Shown here: positions 57,591 through 64,000 of the stretch, piece by piece
Layout of the letters: the number at the start of each line of letters is the position of its first letter
Numbering within the stretch: position 1 is the first letter of the stretch
NCBI GenBank assembly: GCA_045648665.1
Contig: JAZROL010000017.1
Coordinates: 4,616-68,615, forward strand
Origin: Candidatus Enterousia sp.
GTDB taxonomy: Bacteria; Pseudomonadota; Alphaproteobacteria; Rs-D84
Direction: 5' to 3'
Length of the DNA: 64,000 nucleotides
Notes under the pieces: model-generated
The model's database searches: none
What the model was told of the DNA's origin: nothing
The model's input: only the letters and a program-made list of their open reading frames with translations
Position numbers and translations under genes: made by a program

Positions 57591-58049
57591 TTATTTAGAT
57601 TGAATTTTTCCACCCGCTTTGACGATTGCAGCTTCAGCTGATTTAGACCATTTATCTGCAACAATATTCACAGCAGTTTTTATTTCGCCTTTGCCTAAAA
57701 CTTTCAATCCATCCAATTTGCGATTCAAAATTTTTGCATCAAACAAAGAATCCAATGTGATTTCTTTCTTGGCATCAATTTTACCCGCAGCGACAAATTT
57801 TTCAATATCGCCCAAATTGATTGTTGCATATGTTTTAGCAAAAGGATTATTAAAACCAAATTTTGGAAAACGACGCAAAATCGGCATTTGTCCACCTTGG
57901 AAAGTAGCCTGTTTGCGTGATCCAGAACGAGATTTTTGACCCTTATTACCACGACCAGATGTTTTACCATACCCGGACGCCATACCACGACCAACACGTT
58001 TAACATCTTTGCGGGCACCTAAATTATCCATCAATGCATTTAATTTCAT
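57591..58049 (-). CDS. rplO: 50S ribosomal protein L15
   Basis: MKLNALMDNLGARKDVKRVGRGMASGYGKTSGRGNKGQKSRSG. Confidence 0.95.
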   Translation of the reverse strand: MKLNALMDNLGARKDVKRVGRGMASGYGKTSGRGNKGQKSRSGSRKQATFQGGQMPILRRFPKFGFNNPFAKTYATINLGDIEKFVAAGKIDAKKEITLDSLFDAKILNRKLDGLKVLGKGEIKTAVNIVADKWSKSAEAAIVKAGGKIQSK

Positions 58050-58128
58050 TTCTTTTTCCTTTTTGTCCTATGACTATAAGTATAGTCTGTTTCGCACATA
58101 ATTCAAGATTACGTACTCGGTTTATTTT

Positions 58129-58683
58129 TTATTTTGATTCTTCTGCAACTTCTAATTTTTTACCGTCACGGCCAGCGATGATTTCTGCAACTGTTTTGCC
58201 ACGACGTGCAGCAACAGTTTTTGGAGAATTCATTTTATTGAAAGCCAAAAATGCAGCGCGAATCATGTTGTTTGGATTGTTTGAACCTTGTGATTTAACA
58301 ACAACGTCTTGTACGCCCAAACATTCAAAAACTGCACGCAAAGCACCACCCGCGATAATACCAGTACCAGGAACTGCGCTGCGAACGACCAATTTGCTGG
58401 CGCCATATTTTGCAGCACTATCATGGTGCAAAGTGCGACCTTCTTTCAAAGGAACACGAATCATTTTTGCTTTTGCAGCCTTGGTTGCTTTTTGAACAGC
58501 AGCTTGTACTTCCAAAGCTTTACCTTTGCCAAAACCAACCATTCCAGATTTATCACCAACAACAACCAATGCCGAAAACGACATGTTGCGTCCGCCTTTC
58601 ACAGTTTTGGAAACGCGATTGATAGAAACTAATTTATCTACCAAATTATCTGACTGTAATTTTTTATCATCAAAACGTGCCAT
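58129..58683 (-). CDS. rpsE: 30S ribosomal protein S5
   Basis: [27 protein letters not shown]. Confidence 0.96.
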   Translation of the reverse strand: MARFDDKKLQSDNLVDKLVSINRVSKTVKGGRNMSFSALVVVGDKSGMVGFGKGKALEVQAAVQKATKAAKAKMIRVPLKEGRTLHHDSAAKYGASKLVVRSAVPGTGIIAGGALRAVFECLGVQDVVVKSQGSNNPNNMIRAAFLAFNKMNSPKTVAARRGKTVAEIIAGRDGKKLEVAEESK

Positions 58684-58701
58684 TGTATTTTGCTCCTAAT
58701 A

Positions 58702-59079
58702 TTAAATATTGATTCCGTTTGCGCGCACTGCGTCACCCAAAGCTTTTACACGACCATGATATAAATAACGACCACGATCGAAATAACAGTTGTCTTTGAT
58801 ACCTGCTTTTGCTGCACGTTCAGCAAACAATTTGCCAACCATTTCAGCCCCAGCAATATTCCAACCTTTGCCTTTGAAATCTTTTTCTTTTGAAGATGCC
58901 GCACACAATGTGTGCCCTTTTACATCATCAATAGCTTGGATTTCAATATGACGAGCAGAACGGAACACTGACAAACGAATTTTGCCAGGATTCTTTCTTT
59001 TCAACGCACCGCGATTTGCCAATGTACGTCTTTCATCAGAAGATAAATGTCTTAACATTTCTTTTTCCTTTTTTATCAA
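58702..59079 (-). CDS. rplR: 50S ribosomal protein L18
   Basis: RLSVFRSARHIEIQAIDD...YLYHGRVKALGDAVRANG. The exact start is ambiguous. Confidence 0.93.
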   Translation of the reverse strand: MIKKEKEMLRHLSSDERRTLANRGALKRKNPGKIRLSVFRSARHIEIQAIDDVKGHTLCAASSKEKDFKGKGWNIAGAEMVGKLFAERAAKAGIKDNCYFDRGRYLYHGRVKALGDAVRANGINI

Positions 59080-59110
59080 TTTCCGTAACAGCGGAAATTA
59101 TATTGTTTTA

Positions 59111-59662
59111 TTATTTCTTCTTGCCTTCTTTGCGACGGACATATTCGTCTTTATAGAAGATACCTTTACCTTTATATGGATCTGCTTTGCGGATTTTATG
59201 GATTTTATCTGCAAATTGTCCCAATAAATTCTTGTCAATACCAGAAATAGTAAATTCTGTTGGGGTTTCACCCATAGTGACGGTCAAGCCTGCTGGGATT
59301 TCCATATTAACATCATGAGAAAAACCAACAACCAATGTGAACATATTACCCTTCACAGATGCTTTATAACCAACACCTTTCATGTACATGGCTTTTGAAA
59401 AACCTTCTGCAACACCTTGTACAGCGGCTTTGATATTACGAGTCATAGTTCCCCTCATAGCGCGAGATGCTTTATCTTCCGCATTTTTTGGGGTAATCAC
59501 AACATGACCATCTTCAATTTTTATATCAACCAAACCTGCGTTTTTAGTTTCCAAAGAAACTTTCAATTCGCCTTTTGGACCTTTTACAATTACGGCTTTA
59601 TCTGTTAATTCAACCGATACGCCATTTTTAATTTCTACTGGATATTTTCCTGCACGAGACAT
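59111..59662 (-). CDS. rplF: 50S ribosomal protein L6
   Basis: MSRAGKYPVEIKNGVSVEL... Confidence 0.96.
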   Translation of the reverse strand: MSRAGKYPVEIKNGVSVELTDKAVIVKGPKGELKVSLETKNAGLVDIKIEDGHVVITPKNAEDKASRAMRGTMTRNIKAAVQGVAEGFSKAMYMKGVGYKASVKGNMFTLVVGFSHDVNMEIPAGLTVTMGETPTEFTISGIDKNLLGQFADKIHKIRKADPYKGKGIFYKDEYVRRKEGKKK

Positions 59663-59677
59663 AACGATTTCCTTTAA

Positions 59678-60076
59678 TTAGATAACTTTGCACAACACTT
59701 CGCCGCCGACATTCATCAAACGGGCTTTGTGATCTGTCATAACACCATTTGGTGTGGATACAATTGCTATACCCAAACCGTTCAAAACGCGTGGCATTTT
59801 TGCACAACCAGAATATACACGACGGCCCGGTTTAGACACCGCTGTAATTTCTTGGATTGCACCATTACCATTAACGTATTTCAATTCAATAACCAAATTT
59901 GCGCGTTTTTCATCAATTTGTTCTTTGCGAAAATCTGTTATGAAACCTTCGTCTTTCAAAACCGTCAAAACCGCAACACGTAATTTGCTGTTTGGAACGG
60001 TGACGTATTCTTTACCTGCATTTTGTCCATTACGGATGCGGGTAATCATATCTCCAATTGGATGTGATAGTGACAT
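59678..60076 (-). CDS. rpsH: 30S ribosomal protein S8
   Basis: MSLSHPIGDMITRIRNGQNA. Confidence 0.96.
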   Translation of the reverse strand: MSLSHPIGDMITRIRNGQNAGKEYVTVPNSKLRVAVLTVLKDEGFITDFRKEQIDEKRANLVIELKYVNGNGAIQEITAVSKPGRRVYSGCAKMPRVLNGLGIAIVSTPNGVMTDHKARLMNVGGEVLCKVI

Positions 60077-60153
60077 ATTTTTACTCCTTGTTTATTTGCA
60101 AGAATTTTCATTCTTGCGCTTGGGCTGCATTGTCCACAGCTTGCATTTATTTT

Positions 60154-60456
60154 TTACCAACTAGATTTGCGAACACCTGGCAATTTACCTTCTGATGCCA
60201 TTGTTCGAACCTGTTGACGACACAAACCGAACAAGCGGGAAAATCCGCGTGCACGTCCAGTTACTGAACAGCGGTTGTGTAAACGTGTAGGATTTGCATT
60301 GCGTGGCAATTTTGCCAATTTTTTCATTGCATCCATACGTTCTTCTGGGGTTGCATTAACGGACATCTTTGCTTTGATAGATTCGCGTTTTTTTGCGTAT
60401 TGCGCAACCATCTTTTCACGTTTCTTTTGTTTATTTATCAACGCTAATTTAGCCAT
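60154..60456 (-). CDS. rpsN: 30S ribosomal protein S14 (long form)
   Basis: MAKLALINKQKKREKMV...NRCSVTGRARGF...VRKSSW. Confidence 0.95.
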   Translation of the reverse strand: MAKLALINKQKKREKMVAQYAKKRESIKAKMSVNATPEERMDAMKKLAKLPRNANPTRLHNRCSVTGRARGFSRLFGLCRQQVRTMASEGKLPGVRKSSW

Positions 60457-60471
60457 TTTCTTTTCCTTATA

Positions 60472-61017
60472 TTATTTCAAAACCAATGGCAAGCCGATTT
60501 TTGTCAGCAAAGCACGGGCTTCATCATCTGTTTTTGCTGTTGTAACAATGACGATATCCATACCACGGATAGCATCAATTTTATCAACAGAAATTTCTGG
60601 GAATATCAAATGTTCTTTGATACCAAATGCGTAATTTCCACGACCATCAAATTTAGATTTTGATAATCCACGAAAATCTTTCACACGTGGCAAAGCCACT
60701 GTAATCAATTTATCCAAGAAATCATACATTCTTTTTCCACGCAAAGTCACTTTTGTTCCAATCGCTTGACCTTCACGCAAACGATATGTCGCAATTGATT
60801 TCTTTGCATGTGTGATAATTGATTTCTGTGCCGCAATAGCCGTCAAATCAGCAGCAGCAGCATCTAATTTCTTTTTATCAGAAACTGCTTCGCCAACGCC
60901 CATATTCAAAACAATTTTTGTAAGTTTTGGAACGGCAAACGCATTTTTGTACCCAAATTCTTTTACTAATTCAGGAACAATATTTTTTTCATAAAATTCA
61001 CGCAATCTACTTTGCAT
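60472..61017 (-). CDS. rplE: 50S ribosomal protein L5
   Basis: [14 protein letters not shown]...NMGVGEA. Confidence 0.96.
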   Translation of the reverse strand: MQSRLREFYEKNIVPELVKEFGYKNAFAVPKLTKIVLNMGVGEAVSDKKKLDAAAADLTAIAAQKSIITHAKKSIATYRLREGQAIGTKVTLRGKRMYDFLDKLITVALPRVKDFRGLSKSKFDGRGNYAFGIKEHLIFPEISVDKIDAIRGMDIVIVTTAKTDDEARALLTKIGLPLVLK

Positions 61018-61064
61018 TTTTTTGCCTTTTCGTTATCAATTCCGTAACAGCGGAATCATTTACT

Positions 61065-61367
61065 TTATATTTGTGTTCCAGATTTTTTAGAAACACGAAC
61101 TTTTTTATCGCCTTCTACTTTGTATCCAACGCGTGTTGCTTTCTTTGTCTTTGGATCAACCAAAGCAACGTTTGATACATGTATAGGTGCTTCGCGGTCA
61201 ACAATATGACCAGGTTGTTCTTGTGTTGGTTTGATGTGCCATTTATGACGATTTACACCTTCGACCACCACACGGGATTCACTTGGACGTGCCTGTAATA
61301 CTTTACCTTTGACGCCTTTGTATTTTCCCGAAATAACTACGACTTCGTCGCCTTTCTTAATTTTCAT
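61065..61367 (-). CDS. rplX: 50S ribosomal protein L24
   Basis: [24 protein letters not shown]. Confidence 0.95.
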   Translation of the reverse strand: MKIKKGDEVVVISGKYKGVKGKVLQARPSESRVVVEGVNRHKWHIKPTQEQPGHIVDREAPIHVSNVALVDPKTKKATRVGYKVEGDKKVRVSKKSGTQI

Positions 61368-61394
61368 TGTTTTACCTTTTTGTTGTCAAAAGTA

Positions 61395-61769
61395 TTATAT
61401 TACTTCTGGTGCCAAAGACACGATTTTTTGAACGTCATATTTACGACGAACTTCACGAGCAATTGGCCCAAAAATACGAGTTCCAATTGGTTCAAAATTG
61501 TTTTTGTTAATCAAAACAACCGCATTATCATCGAAACGAATAATGGAACCGTCTGGACGTTTTACAGGGAATTTTGTTCTTACGATAATAGCGCGTTGAA
61601 CAGTTCCCTTTTGAACTTTACCACGTGGAATGGCATCTTTAATAGCAACAACTATTTTGTCGCCAACTGTTGCATAACGACGATGAGAACCGCCCAAAAC
61701 TTTGATGCACATTGCTTTACGAGCACCAGAGTTGTCTGCAACTGTCATAACTGTTTCATTTTGTATCAT
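61395..61769 (-). CDS. rplN: 50S ribosomal protein L14
   Basis: [18 protein letters not shown]. Confidence 0.96.
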   Translation of the reverse strand: MIQNETVMTVADNSGARKAMCIKVLGGSHRRYATVGDKIVVAIKDAIPRGKVQKGTVQRAIIVRTKFPVKRPDGSIIRFDDNAVVLINKNNFEPIGTRIFGPIAREVRRKYDVQKIVSLAPEVI

Positions 61770-61880
61770 AACTTTTTCCTATATCCTGCGAACGGGGCAA
61801 TCCCCCATCGCTTTGTTAACGGGTTTCGACTGTCTTGAATCTAATTTTTGTATTCAAGGCCTCAAAAAACCCACCTAAAT

Positions 61881-62147
61881 TTAATCAACATTGACAGATG
61901 TGTCTTTGCTGACCCCAACACGACCCTTTACAACCCAAGATTTTGTCTTGGAAATAGGACGATGTTCTTCAATAGCAACGATTTCACCAACTTTATATTC
62001 ATTGTTTTCATCGTGTGCCTTGTATTTTTTATTCTGCTTCACGAACTTTCCATACAACGGATGACGGAAACGGCGTTCAACTTCCACAACGACTGTCTTG
62101 TCATTTGCTGTACTTTTCACAGTTCCTTGCAATATACGTCTTGGCAT
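61881..62147 (-). CDS. rpsQ: 30S ribosomal protein S17
   Basis: [31 protein letters not shown]. Confidence 0.95.
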   Translation of the reverse strand: MPRRILQGTVKSTANDKTVVVEVERRFRHPLYGKFVKQNKKYKAHDENNEYKVGEIVAIEEHRPISKTKSWVVKGRVGVSKDTSVNVD

Positions 62148-62220
62148 AACTTTTGTCCTTGTTATTCTTGTTTACCGGCCTTTGATTTTACACTAAAAAA
62201 ATCAAAAGTCAAAGATTTAG

Positions 62221-62424
62221 TTATTTCGCAGCGTTCAACTTTGTCTTTACACGTGCAATTTCACGACGGGTTTTACGCAAAACATGTGTTTTTGGCAATT
62301 GACCCGCAGCCAGTTGAAAGCGTTGATTCATTTGTTCTTTTTTCAAATCAACCAATTTGCTTTGCAAAGCTTCTTTTGTCAAAGCATCTTTTTCGGCTGT
62401 TTTATTTACTTTCTTTTCTGCCAT
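62221..62424 (-). CDS. rpmC: 50S ribosomal protein L29
   Basis: Size, position between rplP and rpsQ, and [13 protein letters not shown]. Confidence 0.9.
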   Translation of the reverse strand: MAEKKVNKTAEKDALTKEALQSKLVDLKKEQMNQRFQLAAGQLPKTHVLRKTRREIARVKTKLNAAK

Positions 62425-62450
62425 TTTTTAACCTTTTTGCACTTGTATTT

Positions 62451-62864
62451 TTAGTTTACTTTGCGTTCTACGATTTTTGTTTTTACTGGCAATTTAGCAG
62501 CGGCCAACGCGAACGCTTCATATGCGATTTCTGGCTTAACACCATCTAATTCGAACATGATACGTCCTGGTTTAACGCGGCAAATCCAGTATTCAACAGC
62601 ACCTTTACCCTTACCCATACGAACACCACCAGGTTTCGCGGTCACAGGAACATCTGGGAAAATACGAATCCATAATTTACCCATACGTCTCATATGACGG
62701 GTTATGGCACGACGTGCCGCTTCTATCTGACGTGCAGTCACACGTTCAGGAGACATTGCTTTCAATCCAAACGAACCAAACGCCAATTCACTTCCACCTT
62801 TGGCAGCCCCGTGAATACGACCTTTGTGCTGTTTGCGAAATTTTGTTTTATTTGGCATTAACAT
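62451..62864 (-). CDS. rplP: 50S ribosomal protein L16
   Basis: [19 protein letters not shown]. Confidence 0.96.
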   Translation of the reverse strand: MLMPNKTKFRKQHKGRIHGAAKGGSELAFGSFGLKAMSPERVTARQIEAARRAITRHMRRMGKLWIRIFPDVPVTAKPGGVRMGKGKGAVEYWICRVKPGRIMFELDGVKPEIAYEAFALAAAKLPVKTKIVERKVN

Positions 62865-62888
62865 GATTAAAACCTTTGATTTTAATTA

Positions 62889-63590
62889 TTATTTGCTTTT
62901 CTTTTCGCTGCTGCCGGCATATTCAGTCGGACGCGCCATTTCAGACGCCAGCTTTTCTTTATTCACAACATCGCCAGTGTAAATCCACACTTTCACGCCG
63001 ATAACACCATATGTTGTTTTTGCTTGAATTGACGCATAGTCAATATCTGCACGTAACGTATGAAGAGGTATGCGACCTTCACGAATTTGTTCGCTACGAG
63101 CAATTTCAGCACCATTCAAACGACCGGAACACATAACTTTAATACCTTGTGCACCTGCTTTTTGAGCATTTTGAACAGCTTTTTTCATAGCACGTTTGAA
63201 CGAAACACGTCCTTCAATTTGTTGTGCAATGTTTTGTGCAACCAATTGTGCATTCAAATCTGGACGACGAACTTCATAGATATTAACAACTACTTGATCG
63301 TTTTTAACCAGTTTTTTGATATCGTTACGCAAAGCTTCGATATCTGCACCGTTTTTACCAATAATCATACCTGGACGAGATGTGTGTATAGTAACAACTA
63401 CTTTTTTCGCAAAACGTTCGATAACGACTTTGGCCAATCCTGCTTTCTTTAATTTCTTTTCAACGAATTTACGGATTTTGACATCTTCTGCCAACAATGC
63501 AGCATAATCTTTTTTACCTGCAATCCAACGAGAATCTGTAATTTTATTTATAAATTCGCGCAATGAAATTGGTGATACTTTCTGTCCCAT
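62889..63590 (-). CDS. rpsC: 30S ribosomal protein S3
   Basis: [11 protein letters not shown]...KH domain... Confidence 0.96.
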   Translation of the reverse strand: MGQKVSPISLREFINKITDSRWIAGKKDYAALLAEDVKIRKFVEKKLKKAGLAKVVIERFAKKVVVTIHTSRPGMIIGKNGADIEALRNDIKKLVKNDQVVVNIYEVRRPDLNAQLVAQNIAQQIEGRVSFKRAMKKAVQNAQKAGAQGIKVMCSGRLNGAEIARSEQIREGRIPLHTLRADIDYASIQAKTTYGVIGVKVWIYTGDVVNKEKLASEMARPTEYAGSSEKKSK

Positions 63591-63605
63591 TTTTTCACTC
63601 CACTT

Positions 63606-64000
63606 TTATTTTGTTACTTTTTTTGTTTTTTTCTTTTCAGGAGCCGTGCCACTTTCCAAAACTATTGTAAGATTAGAAAATGGTTTCAAAATTGGACGAG
63701 CACTTCCACGAGGTCCTGCCATAATACGTTTCATTGTCAACGCTTTGCCACACCAAATTTCTTTGACGAACAAAGTATCAACTGACAAGTTTTTATTGTG
63801 TTCTGCATTTGCAACAGCAGACAACAATGTCTTCAAAACTTCGTCAGAAACACGTTTCTTTGAAAATTTCAAAACGTCAACGGCACGATCAACTGGCAAG
63901 CCGCGAACCATATCACAAACCAGATTTAATTTCTGGTGGCTGATGCGAATCATTTTATTGAACGCACGAACCTGATTGTCTTTTATTCCATATCTTGTCA
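63606..64000 (-). CDS. rplV: 50S ribosomal protein L22 (5' end runs off the window)
   Basis: The frame stays open upstream of the listed Met (..KDNQVRAFNKMIRISHQKLNLV), matching the usual L22 N-terminus. The true start lies beyond 64000. Confidence 0.9.
   Translation of the reverse strand, partial: TRYGIKDNQVRAFNKMIRISHQKLNLVCDMVRGLPVDRAVDVLKFSKKRVSDEVLKTLLSAVANAEHNKNLSVDTLFVKEIWCGKALTMKRIMAGPRGSARPILKPFSNLTIVLESGTAPEKKKTKKVTK

Overview
AT-rich chromosomal segment from a Gram-negative bacterium. It is probably alphaproteobacterial: it has a CcrM-type adenine methyltransferase, a CtpA/M23 pair, BamE, a DUF374 acyltransferase-like gene and alpha-type spc/alpha operon order. A fused pyruvate:ferredoxin oxidoreductase suggests anaerobic metabolism. 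No searches were run; all calls come from reading the ORF translations and the DNA by eye.

Ordinary content: tRNA-Ser(CGA), tRNA-Gln(CUG), ssb, carD, bamE, nifJ/PFOR, ctpA, an EnvC-like M23 protein, a beta-barrel OMP, a YgiW-like OB-fold protein, infA, clpX, clpP, pgk, rnhB, slt, nrdR, ccrM, and the S10/spc/alpha ribosomal cluster from rplV (truncated at the window edge) to rplQ.

Four things stand out.
1. About one third of the window encodes cysteine-rich secreted proteins. Six of them (730-947 aa) are clear paralogs with a shared ordered set of Cys motifs that I cannot assign to any family I know.
2. One paralog (42113-44755) sits tail-to-tail with a start-less alternative C-terminal cassette. 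The two are bounded by a perfect 69-bp inverted repeat, which is the architecture of an invertible C-terminus switch. No recombinase gene is visible in the window.
3. A 7.5-kb array of single-gene cassettes (3762-11314) is anchored at tRNA-Gln. The cassettes are separated by a structured ~200-bp repeat that re-copies the tRNA 3' end plus its terminator. Three cassettes are flanked by cassette-specific covarying 20-bp inverted repeats. No integrase is present.
4. A eukaryote-like CxxCPxGxY-repeat protein gene, with its own terminator and promoter, is inserted between rpsK and rpoA.
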